Of a stretch of 44,960 bases of DNA, positions 37,075 to 44,960 are shown piece by piece. The notes beneath the pieces were generated by a model, which was not told the DNA's origin, did not search any database, and saw only the letters and a program-made list of their open reading frames with translations. This DNA comes from an uncultured Tissierellaceae bacterium (GTDB lineage: Bacteria; Bacillota; Clostridia; Tissierellales; Tissierellaceae), in the NCBI GenBank assembly GCA_964477045.1, contig CAYZDC010000001.1:1-44960 (forward strand), read 5' to 3'. Each line of letters starts with the position of its first letter. The first letter of the stretch is position 1. The position numbers and the translations under genes are program-made.

Positions 37075-39399
37075 AGATTGGTATTTTTCTAGTAAAAGCA
37101 TTTTTAATTTTTCAGGTGTTATGGGAAGCTCTCTAATTCGTATACCTACTGCATTATAAACTGCATCTACAATAGCTGGAGGTACTGGATTAGTAACAAC
37201 TTCACCAATGGATTTTGCCCCATAAGGGCCTGTTGCATCAAAACCATCTGCAAATTCAACTGTAATGCTATTTATGTCCATTCTACAAGGAATCTTATAT
37301 TGCATAAAACTATTAGTAATAAGTTTTCCTTTCTTTGTCTCTTTTACTTCTTCAAACAATGCCATCCCTATTCCTTGCACAATTCCACCTTCTGCTTGGA
37401 TTCTGGCTAGTTTTGGGTTTATAACTGTTCCACAATCAATAACTGAAACAAATTCTAATAAATCTACTTTTCCAGTTTCTAGATCAACTTCCACTTCTGC
37501 AAAACCTGATATAAAAGGTGGTGCTAAATCTACTGTGGCAAAAGAACCACTTGCTGTTAATTGAACATGAGGCCTTTTGTAAATTAGTTTATTACTTAAA
37601 TCAAGTAAAGATATTTTTTTACTACCATCTTGTAATTCAATATTTTCACCATCATATACTACATCCTTTACTTCCACTCCTAATTCTCTTGCTCCTTCTA
37701 ATATGACTAATTCTCTCATTTTTAATGCAGCTTCTTTCACTGCATTACCTGAAAAATATGTGGTTCCTGATGCATAGGCACCAACATCAAAAGGTGTTAG
37801 TTCAGTATCCGCTGAAAAGACGGATATAGAATCATTAGACACACCTAAGCCTTCTGCTGCAATTTGCTTTAATATAGTATCACTGCCTGTGCCTATATCA
37901 GCTGCTCCAGTAAGTAGTGTGAAAGTACCCCCATCATCTAATCTAATTGTAGCTGTAGCAGTATCTATTCCTGGGATTCCTGACCCTTGCATTGCAATAG
38001 CCATTCCAACCCCACGTATTTTTGTATCTGAAATTTCTCTGTTAGGAAACTTTGAATCCCAATCAATTAATTCTTTGCCTTTTTGTACACAATATTCTAA
38101 TTCACAGCTATCCATCATTATTGGATCTTTCCCAGCTCCGATAGTTGTCATATTAAATAATGGCGTGGTTTCACCTTTTCTAATCATATTTTTCTCTCTT
38201 AACTTTAAGGGATCCATTTCTAATTTTACTGCTAATTCATTTATTGCTGATTCCAGTGCAAAAGTACCTTGAGTAACACCGTACCCTCTAAATGCTCCTC
38301 CTGGTGTACGATTTGTATATATGGCTTTTCCTGTAAATCTTACAGCATCTACTTTATTATATAAAGGGAGAGATTTATACCCTGCAGCTCCTAAAACAGT
38401 AATAGCATGCTCTCCATATGCTCCTGTATCAGATATAGCATTCATATCAATAGCCTTAATATTGCCCTCTTTATCTGAACCAATGGTAACATCTATATAC
38501 ATGGCATGTCTGGTAGTTGATGATTCAAAAGTTTCTCTTCTATTATAAATTAACTTTGATGGTTTACCAGTTTTGTAGGTTACAAGGGCTGGATAAAATT
38601 CTATTTGTACGGTTTGCTTGCCTCCAAATCCTCCACCTATTCTTGGCTTTATTACTCTTACCTTATTAATAGGGAGTCCTAATGCTTGAGCAACATCACG
38701 TCTTACATGAAATGGAATTTGGGTGGATGCAACTATTACTAGACCACCATATTGATCTATATATGAATATGCCCTATAACTTTCCATCATTCCATGTCCC
38801 TGTGCCTGTGTAAAATACTTTCCTTTGGCAATTACATCACAGGATTTTAAACTTTCTTCTACATTCCCAAGTTCAAAATTATATACGCCAGCTATGTTTT
38901 TGTCTGGATTAAAACCTTTATCCATATTCATAAATACCCTGTCTCTAAAATGCAACTTGCTTAGACTATCTTCAGCTTTAAGTACATCAAGTACCGGTTC
39001 AAAGACTTCATATTCAACCTTTATCTTTTTAATTGCTTTTAAAGCTATTTCTTCACTTTCAGCTGCTACTATTGCTACTTCATCACCTACATATCTTACA
39101 TATTCATCTAAAATATATTTATCATACACAGAGGGTTCTGGATAAGATTGACCTGCTCTAGTATATAAGTTCTTAGGTACATTCTTATGTGTAAAAATTA
39201 TTTCAACACCTGGCATCTTTTCAGCATTGACTGTATTAATATCTACTATTTTTGCAAAAGCATGAGGACTTCTAAGTATTTTTATTATCAAGCAATCTTT
39301 TGGGGCTAGGTCATCCGTATAAGCTGGCTTACCTGAGACTAAATGTATTCCATCTACTTTTGATAATGGTAGACCAACTGAGTTTCCACTTAGCTTCAT
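37048..39399 (-). CDS. Xanthine dehydrogenase family, molybdopterin-binding large subunit
   Basis: ~783 aa with aldehyde-oxidase/XDH a/b-hammerhead and Moco-binding motifs (GGGFGGK, GAFRGYG, GSGSDT-like, KSIGE). ATG at 39399 with GGAGGTGGGG RBS and an ATGA overlap with the small subunit is preferred over 39456. Confidence 0.88.
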   Translation of the reverse strand: MKLSGNSVGLPLSKVDGIHLVSGKPAYTDDLAPKDCLIIKILRSPHAFAKIVDINTVNAEKMPGVEIIFTHKNVPKNLYTRAGQSYPEPSVYDKYILDEYVRYVGDEVAIVAAESEEIALKAIKKIKVEYEVFEPVLDVLKAEDSLSKLHFRDRVFMNMDKGFNPDKNIAGVYNFELGNVEESLKSCDVIAKGKYFTQAQGHGMMESYRAYSYIDQYGGLVIVASTQIPFHVRRDVAQALGLPINKVRVIKPRIGGGFGGKQTVQIEFYPALVTYKTGKPSKLIYNRRETFESSTTRHAMYIDVTIGSDKEGNIKAIDMNAISDTGAYGEHAITVLGAAGYKSLPLYNKVDAVRFTGKAIYTNRTPGGAFRGYGVTQGTFALESAINELAVKLEMDPLKLREKNMIRKGETTPLFNMTTIGAGKDPIMMDSCELEYCVQKGKELIDWDSKFPNREISDTKIRGVGMAIAMQGSGIPGIDTATATIRLDDGGTFTLLTGAADIGTGSDTILKQIAAEGLGVSNDSISVFSADTELTPFDVGAYASGTTYFSGNAVKEAALKMRELVILEGARELGVEVKDVVYDGENIELQDGSKKISLLDLSNKLIYKRPHVQLTASGSFATVDLAPPFISGFAEVEVDLETGKVDLLEFVSVIDCGTVINPKLARIQAEGGIVQGIGMALFEEVKETKKGKLITNSFMQYKIPCRMDINSITVEFADGFDATGPYGAKSIGEVVTNPVPPAIVDAVYNAVGIRIRELPITPEKLKMLLLEKYQSKKNKQPIG

Positions 39400-39848
39400 T
39401 TCCCCACCTCCAAATACTTCATAATTCCTCTTAATTGTCCGACATAGCCTGTACATCTACATAAATTTCCCGTAAGGTATTGACTTACTTCCTTTTCTGT
39501 TGGATTAATTAATTCTTTTTTCATTGCAACAACTGTTAAAATAAGCCCTGGACTACAATATCCACATTGGTCTGCTCCTTCATCAACTAGAAAAGTTCCT
39601 AGTAATTTCTCTTCTTCAGCTATTCCTTCGATTGTGGTTAAAGATTTATTGTTTGCTCTTGCAGCAAAATAAGAACATGAAAGTATAGGCCTACCATCAA
39701 CTAATATAGTGCACACTCCACAGGAACCAGTATCGCATGCTTTTTTAACGCTTAAGTATCCATATCTTCTAAGAACCTCTACTAAATATTCATCCGGTTT
39801 TATGTCAAATATTTTATTTACACCATTTATGGTAAGATTAATATTCAT
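39396..39848 (-). CDS. (2Fe-2S)-binding small subunit of a molybdenum hydroxylase
   Basis: CDTGSCGVCTI and QCGYCSPG...NLCRCTGY motifs. Confidence 0.9.
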   Translation of the reverse strand: MNINLTINGVNKIFDIKPDEYLVEVLRRYGYLSVKKACDTGSCGVCTILVDGRPILSCSYFAARANNKSLTTIEGIAEEEKLLGTFLVDEGADQCGYCSPGLILTVVAMKKELINPTEKEVSQYLTGNLCRCTGYVGQLRGIMKYLEVGK

Positions 39849-40639
39849 TTTGCCACCTCCAAAATAGCTCTTTTTACTAATATCTTACAAAGTTCTCTTC
39901 TATAATCTGCAGAACCCCTATTATTAGTACCAAAGTGTATTTCATCAGCAACCATTTTCCCTGCTACAATTGCTATTTCTTCAGTGATTTCAATATTACG
40001 TAGATATTCCATTGTATTGTATGCTAAAGTAGCCTCTCGGGGTCTAGCCCCTATAGAAATTCTATAATCTTCTAGGGTTTTAGTAACAGCCACAGAAAGA
40101 ATAGCATAATCAACTGCAGAATTTCTTAATGTTTGAAATGAACTTTGCCCAGTATTTTTCTTTATTATTATCTTCTCTAATAAATCCTTCCTACGGTCCT
40201 CTTCTTTTAGGAAATCTTCTAGTGAAATCCTACCACCATTATGTAAATATATATCTGCATTTAAAGATAGTAAAGCTGTAATAGGGTCAGAAAAACCATA
40301 TTTGGAGAATACAGTTGCTCCAATAGTTGCTATATTTCTCAATTGTATCCCTATTATATGTTTTACAGAATCTCCAATTATATCCCCAAAATTATCTTTT
40401 AGGATAGGGGATGTTTCAAAGTCTCTTAAACTAGTCATAGCGCCTATTTCTATTTCTGATCCCAAGTCATTTATATAATCTAGTCCAGCCTGTGATAAAT
40501 CAATAGCTAGACCTATTCTTTTATGTCCCATTCTTAAAAAGCAACCGCCACCAATTAATCTGGCGGTTTTTTTAGATATTAATGCTTTGTATGCATCTTC
40601 TGGTGTTTGAGGAAGAACATATTCTCCAAATGTAATCAT
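39845..40639 (-). CDS. FAD-binding medium subunit of a molybdenum hydroxylase (CoxM/XdhB-like)
   Basis: 264 aa with the family-typical ...LIGGGCFL... and its position in the three-subunit cluster. Confidence 0.8.
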   Translation of the reverse strand: MITFGEYVLPQTPEDAYKALISKKTARLIGGGCFLRMGHKRIGLAIDLSQAGLDYINDLGSEIEIGAMTSLRDFETSPILKDNFGDIIGDSVKHIIGIQLRNIATIGATVFSKYGFSDPITALLSLNADIYLHNGGRISLEDFLKEEDRRKDLLEKIIIKKNTGQSSFQTLRNSAVDYAILSVAVTKTLEDYRISIGARPREATLAYNTMEYLRNIEITEEIAIVAGKMVADEIHFGTNNRGSADYRRELCKILVKRAILEVAK

Positions 40640-41982
40640 AGCAAATCTCCTTTCTCCTTACTGATTCCTTCTTCTTTATCTTTTGGCAAAATGAGATTTA
40701 AAATAATTGCTACTAAAGTAGCTATTACTACTGATGAAGTTCCAAACACAGTTCCAACCCAAGTAGGGAAACCATCTAAAGATCCAGATACAGAAGTAAC
40801 TCCTACTCCCATTGCTACTGCTAAACCTACCACTGCCATATTACGTGGGGTTAATTTAGATGATGAAATCATCTTTATACCTGTCATTGTGATCATTGCA
40901 AATACAGATATTGTAGCACCACCAATAACACTTTGTGGAATTGTAGTTAATATAGATGCGAATTTTGGTATCAAGCCTGCAATTAAAAAAACAAAAGCTG
41001 CGAAAGTAAATACCATCTTGTTAACAACACGGTTAACAGTTACAATTCCAACGTTTTGGCTATAAGTAGCTGTAGGCAATCCTCCTAAGAAAGCGCTTAT
41101 TATACTTGCTAAACCATTTGCTTTAATACCACCTGATAATTCTTTATCTGTAGGTTCCCTATCCAAACCTCCTATGGTCGTAGAAGATAAGTCTCCAATT
41201 GCTTGAACTGCATTTACTATATACATTATGACCATTGAAATAATTGCACTAATTTCAAATTCTATTCCAAAATGCAACGGTGCTACTATTTGAAACCAAC
41301 TTGACTCAGTAACTGCATTAAATGAAACCATTCCCATAAAAAATGCAACAATATATCCAACTATCATTCCTAAAAGTATTGCAGCCAATTTTGTAAATCC
41401 TTTTGTAAAATAAGTAAAATAAATAACAACAAATAATGTAATCATTGCAACTAGCCAATTCTTAGGAGAGCCAAATGTAGGACTTCCTCCACCACCAGCC
41501 ATATATCTAACTGCAACTGCATACAATGACAATCCTATAGTAAATATAACTGTACCAGTAACAATAGGCGGGAAAAATATCCGTAATTGTTTAATAAAAA
41601 TACCTACTAAAAATGCGGCTAATCCTCCAAATATTTGAGCACCAAATATTGCGGCTATCCCAAATTGTCCTCCAATAGCAAGTATAGTAGGAACATATGC
41701 AAAGCTCATTCCAATAATAACTGGTAACCCAGAACCAATGCCTCCAATAGGAAATAACTGAAGTAATGTTGCAAGGGCAGTTACTATAAGAGAAACTTGA
41801 ATTAATATAGTTTTATCTGCACCACTTAAACCTGTAACATTAGCTACCAATATAGCTGGTGTAACTACACCTACTATTGCAGCTACTACATGTTGGAAAC
41901 CTAATGGAGCTACTTCTCTTAATGGTGGGATTCCTTCTATTTCAAAGATGGATCCCGCCGCTTTCTTTGGTTTTTCTTTCAT
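40636..41982 (-). CDS. NCS2 family nucleobase (xanthine/uracil-type) permease
   Basis: LGFQHVVAAIVGVVTPAILV.., TYSQNVGIVTVN. ~14 TM segments. Confidence 0.88.
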   Translation of the reverse strand: MKEKPKKAAGSIFEIEGIPPLREVAPLGFQHVVAAIVGVVTPAILVANVTGLSGADKTILIQVSLIVTALATLLQLFPIGGIGSGLPVIIGMSFAYVPTILAIGGQFGIAAIFGAQIFGGLAAFLVGIFIKQLRIFFPPIVTGTVIFTIGLSLYAVAVRYMAGGGGSPTFGSPKNWLVAMITLFVVIYFTYFTKGFTKLAAILLGMIVGYIVAFFMGMVSFNAVTESSWFQIVAPLHFGIEFEISAIISMVIMYIVNAVQAIGDLSSTTIGGLDREPTDKELSGGIKANGLASIISAFLGGLPTATYSQNVGIVTVNRVVNKMVFTFAAFVFLIAGLIPKFASILTTIPQSVIGGATISVFAMITMTGIKMISSSKLTPRNMAVVGLAVAMGVGVTSVSGSLDGFPTWVGTVFGTSSVVIATLVAIILNLILPKDKEEGISKEKGDLL

Positions 41983-42385
41983 CCTAACACATCCTTTTAT
42001 TTTTAGTAAACTATCTCAATTTATTTTATCTTATTTTGAGAAGATTTAATACTATAAAGTTTATACAAACTTTACCACTCTAATTTGAATTGCTATAAAA
42101 ATACAACAATTAACATTCCTCATATGATGAATAATTTTGCCCACCTAATAGTCTATATTTGCACAAAGTTTGATTTTAGCCATCTATAAAGTACTATTCT
42201 AATTAATTATCTATTTGTATAATTCTAACAATACAAAAGTTTTCATAAGTATTTATATTGTTTTTAGAAAAATAAAAATAATTATATTGTCAATATGTTG
42301 TCATCTAAATATAATATTTGTGTTATACTCAAATAAAGGAATATTATTAAGCGTTTAATAGAATACATTTCTAAAGGAGAATTTT

Positions 42386-44071
42386 ATGGATACTAAAGAA
42401 ACTAGGTTATATCAAATCATTAAAGATCATTATAAAGTAGGCTTAGTTTTTGTTTTTTCAATAGTTGTATACATAATTGCTGCAATTTTTAACGCTGACT
42501 TTGTTAAAATAATGCCTGTAAGTAGTTACCTAACATGGCATACTTTAATGGAATTTGCTAGCATAGTGGTCTCTTTTACAATATTTACTGTTACATATTT
42601 TATTTACGAAGAATCTGGGAATCTAAAAATGATAATATTTGGTTGTGCCTTTTTCTTTATGGGTTGGTTAGATTTATTTCACACTTTCAGCTATAAGGGT
42701 ATGCCAGTTTTTCTTATTGCAAATGAAGGTGCAAATAGGGCTACCACATTGTGGATTCTTGCAAGATTTATAGGTAGTATAGGTTTTCTCTCTGCTATTA
42801 AAATACCGGCTAATACTATTAGCAATATTAAAAAAGAGGCTTATGCCATAGGAACAAGTGCTTTTGCTATTATTTTATTTTTATTAGTTACATATTATCC
42901 AGGTGTTTTTCCACCAATGTATATTGAAGGTCAAGGACTAACGGCGATTAAAATTCTCTTAGAATATATTACCATAATAATTCTGGGAATATCATTTTTT
43001 ATTATTGCTGATCAATATAAAAAGACTAATTCGCATAATGAATATAGGTTTTTAATAGCTATAATATTTATGATATTTAGCGAGTTTGCCTTTACTAATT
43101 ATGGTAGTATTTACGATGCATACAATTATATTGGTCATATCTATAAAATCCTAGGCTATACTTTATTGTATACTTCCATTTATGTAGGAAATGTTAGCAT
43201 GCCTTATAGAGAATTAAGAAGAGCTAAAAATGAATTAAATCATTATGCTGATAATCTTAATCTTATTGTAGAGCAAAGAACAAAGGAATTGGAAAATCTA
43301 AATTCGGTTTTGTTAAATGATATTGAATATGCAAAACAAATGCAGTTTTCATTGCTTCCTGAATTAATGCCAAATGATATATCTGTATCTTTCCATGCAG
43401 AATACTTAGCAGCTGATAATCTTAGTGGCGACTTTTATAATGTAGTGAAACTTGATGATGATAATATTGCAATATATATTGGTGATGTTTCAGGACATGG
43501 TGTAGCGGCAGCAATGTTATCGGTTTTTGCTTATCAAAATGTCATTCAATTAAAAGAAAAAATAGAAGATAATGAAATAATAATAGAGCCAGGTTTAATT
43601 TTAGAAACTATGTATAATAGTTTTAATGAAACAAATATCCATGAAGAAAAATATATAGTGATGCTTTATGGTATATATAACATCAAAACTAAAACCTTTA
43701 AATATTCTTCAGCAGGAATAAATGTATCACCATATATTATTAAAAGATCTGGAGAGATACAAGAAATGGATTCAAAAGGTTTTCCAATATGTAAGCTAGG
43801 TGATTTATTCTCCCCTAGTTACAAAAATAGAACTATTCAACTTGATAAAGGGGATAAAGTATTATTCTACTCTGATGGATTAGTTGATGGCAAGAATAAA
43901 AATGGTGAGATTTACGGACATAATAAATTAGAAAAAGTCCTTAAAAATAATTTTGATTCAGATTCTACTCAACTTAACAATGCTATAAAAAATGATTTCT
44001 TTAATCATATGGGAAATGATAGCGAACTAATGGATGATGTAACATTATTAACTATGTTTCTGGTGAATTAA
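42386..44071 (+). CDS. Membrane sensor (MASE3-like) fused to a PP2C/SpoIIE-type serine phosphatase
   Basis: N-terminal ~260 aa polytopic with WHTLMEFASIVVSFTIF (MASE3-like). A coiled linker. C-terminal SGDFYNV...GDVSGHGVAAAM...YSDGL...DDVTLL. Confidence 0.8.
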   Translation: MDTKETRLYQIIKDHYKVGLVFVFSIVVYIIAAIFNADFVKIMPVSSYLTWHTLMEFASIVVSFTIFTVTYFIYEESGNLKMIIFGCAFFFMGWLDLFHTFSYKGMPVFLIANEGANRATTLWILARFIGSIGFLSAIKIPANTISNIKKEAYAIGTSAFAIILFLLVTYYPGVFPPMYIEGQGLTAIKILLEYITIIILGISFFIIADQYKKTNSHNEYRFLIAIIFMIFSEFAFTNYGSIYDAYNYIGHIYKILGYTLLYTSIYVGNVSMPYRELRRAKNELNHYADNLNLIVEQRTKELENLNSVLLNDIEYAKQMQFSLLPELMPNDISVSFHAEYLAADNLSGDFYNVVKLDDDNIAIYIGDVSGHGVAAAMLSVFAYQNVIQLKEKIEDNEIIIEPGLILETMYNSFNETNIHEEKYIVMLYGIYNIKTKTFKYSSAGINVSPYIIKRSGEIQEMDSKGFPICKLGDLFSPSYKNRTIQLDKGDKVLFYSDGLVDGKNKNGEIYGHNKLEKVLKNNFDSDSTQLNNAIKNDFFNHMGNDSELMDDVTLLTMFLVN

Positions 44072-44092
44072 TTTAAATTTTTACAATCAATT

Positions 44093-44121
44093 AAAGCCTT
44101 GTTTTCCAAGAACAAGGCTTT
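44093..44121. terminator. Bidirectional hairpin terminator
   Basis: AAAGCCTTGTT-TTCCAAG-AACAAGGCTTT between convergent genes. Confidence 0.75.
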
Positions 44122-44139
44122 AATCTTTAATTAGTCAAA

Positions 44140-44960
44140 TTAAGCAACAGTAAATTTCTTTAATTTTTCTTTAAAATCAAAAACATCTTTTATAACTTGT
44201 TCTAAATTATCTACTTGTAATACTACTAGATCTCCTGATTTAGCCATTTCTAGAGCAGTTTTTGTAGCTTCTCGTTCATCCATAATAATAGTAATCATAT
44301 TATTTTTAAACCCACCACTTATAAGACCTTGTTTAACAATGTCCGCAGTTTCTCCAATTTCTCTATGCCTTTGGTCAGGGTCGCAAATAACTATATGGTC
44401 ATAGTATTTCGCCAATGCAGATCCAAATTCCAATATATCTTGATCTCTTCTATTACCAACACTAGAAGCCATGCGAATTTTTTTGCCTGGCATTAAACTT
44501 TTTATAAACTCTCCTGTAGCATTTATAGCTCCTGGGTTGTGACCATAATCTATTACAACTTTAAATTCACCCATATCTATTATGTTCATTCTTCCCCTTG
44601 AGTAATCCATTGAAGGAGTAAAGCTTATTACCCCTTTCCGAATCTGTTTTATATCTAATCCCAAGGCATATGATGATGCTACAGCTGCAAGTACATTTTC
44701 AATATTAAAAGCTGCTTTACCATCAAAAGTTATAGGTATATTACATACATTTTCAACTGGCAAACTATACCCCTTTTTTTCTATTGTAATTATGCTGTTT
44801 TTCAAAATAACATTTACATTACCCTTATCATAGTTTGCTTTTATAGCTTTATTATCAGGTTCTTTTGAGAATAATATAGGAGATGCCTTTACTTTGTCTA
44901 TACGAGAAAGAACTAGAGGATCATCTGCATTTAGAACAGCATATCCTGTTTCTTTCACCG
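44140..44960 (-). CDS. cphA: C-terminal (Mur-ligase-like M domain) part of a cyanophycin-synthetase-like enzyme; the 5' end lies outside the window
   Basis: The ORF is open to the window edge. VLNADDP, VIDYGHNPGA, GNRRDQDILEFG and ..DPDQRHREIGET follow the CphA C-terminal pattern (DYaHNP, GDRRDeDI, RGR..GE) as I recall it. Confidence 0.6.
   Translation of the reverse strand, partial: VKETGYAVLNADDPLVLSRIDKVKASPILFSKEPDNKAIKANYDKGNVNVILKNSIITIEKKGYSLPVENVCNIPITFDGKAAFNIENVLAAVASSYALGLDIKQIRKGVISFTPSMDYSRGRMNIIDMGEFKVVIDYGHNPGAINATGEFIKSLMPGKKIRMASSVGNRRDQDILEFGSALAKYYDHIVICDPDQRHREIGETADIVKQGLISGGFKNNMITIIMDEREATKTALEMAKSGDLVVLQVDNLEQVIKDVFDFKEKLKKFTVA

Noticed and set aside
37265-39145. Several plus-strand ORFs (62-127 aa) antisense to the XDH large subunit
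   Set aside because: Shadow ORFs inside a 783-aa conserved enzyme gene. S/P/I-rich composition.
39400-39456. 19-codon N-terminal extension of the XDH large subunit (ORF-track start 39456)
   Set aside because: The extension overlaps the small-subunit coding sequence. The ATG at 39399 has a strong RBS and the classic ATGA junction.
40607-41065. 152-aa plus-strand ORF antisense to the NCS2 permease
   Set aside because: The T/P/I/A-rich translation mirrors the hydrophobic permease codons. It overlaps two real genes and has no RBS.
41983-42385. Possible purine/xanthine-class riboswitch upstream of the NCS2 permease-XDH operon
   Set aside because: The conserved purine-aptamer strings (UUUCUACC and CCGUAAA on the minus strand, i.e. 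GGTAGAAA and TTTACGG on the plus strand) are absent, and no three-way-junction-like pairing is evident.
1-44960. CRISPR arrays, tRNA/rRNA genes, IS elements, integrases, prophage structural genes
   Set aside because: No direct-repeat/spacer periodicity, no tRNA-like cloverleaf regions in the intergenic spaces, and no transposase or integrase-like ORF. All sizeable intergenic regions are accounted for by promoters, terminators or the riboswitch.

Overview
Strongly AT-rich, Clostridia-like chromosomal segment with about 60 real genes, most on the minus strand. No rRNA, tRNA, CRISPR array, transposase or integrase was seen. The window breaks down as follows. (1) 1-3.9 kb is an accessory-looking block: the first 20 codons of an HsdM-like DNA methyltransferase running off the left edge, then a 663-aa fusion of a single-HKD PLD nuclease domain with an SF3/VirE-like P-loop NTPase, then three small genes, one of them a YdbC/PC4-like ssDNA-binding protein. 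This block is my best candidate for an undescribed defence or restriction module. (2) 4-16.6 kb is housekeeping and stress genes: tandem USPs, a Gfo/Idh/MocA oxidoreductase, an RdhA/QueG-like Fe-S protein, gamma-CA, YitT, ComFB, AIM24, a Ddl-family ATP-grasp, a zincin, YwbE, a nitroreductase, sodA with a Fur-like box, YciI, a TIM-barrel isomerase, EamA and an SLH wall protein. (3) 16.7-36.6 kb is a roughly 20-kb minus-strand anaerobic cobalamin supra-operon in the order cobQ(short)-cbiB | B12 riboswitch | cbiL-btuFCD-like-cobD-cbiMNQO-cbiK-cbiA-cbiC-cbiD-cbiE-cbiT-cbiF-cbiG-cbiH-cbiJ-Cys-rich-DUF1232-cobU-cobS-cobC. Its oddities are a CobQ that lacks its glutamine amidotransferase domain, no cobT, and a riboswitch placed mid-cluster. 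(4) 36.7-42 kb holds a DUF5320 gene behind a consensus promoter bracketed by an 18-bp perfect inverted repeat, and a purine permease plus three-subunit xanthine-dehydrogenase-family operon. (5) 42.4-45 kb holds a MASE3-like/PP2C phosphatase and the 3' part of a cyanophycin-synthetase-like gene. All functional calls come from reading the translated ORFs for motifs and family resemblance. No database search was run.
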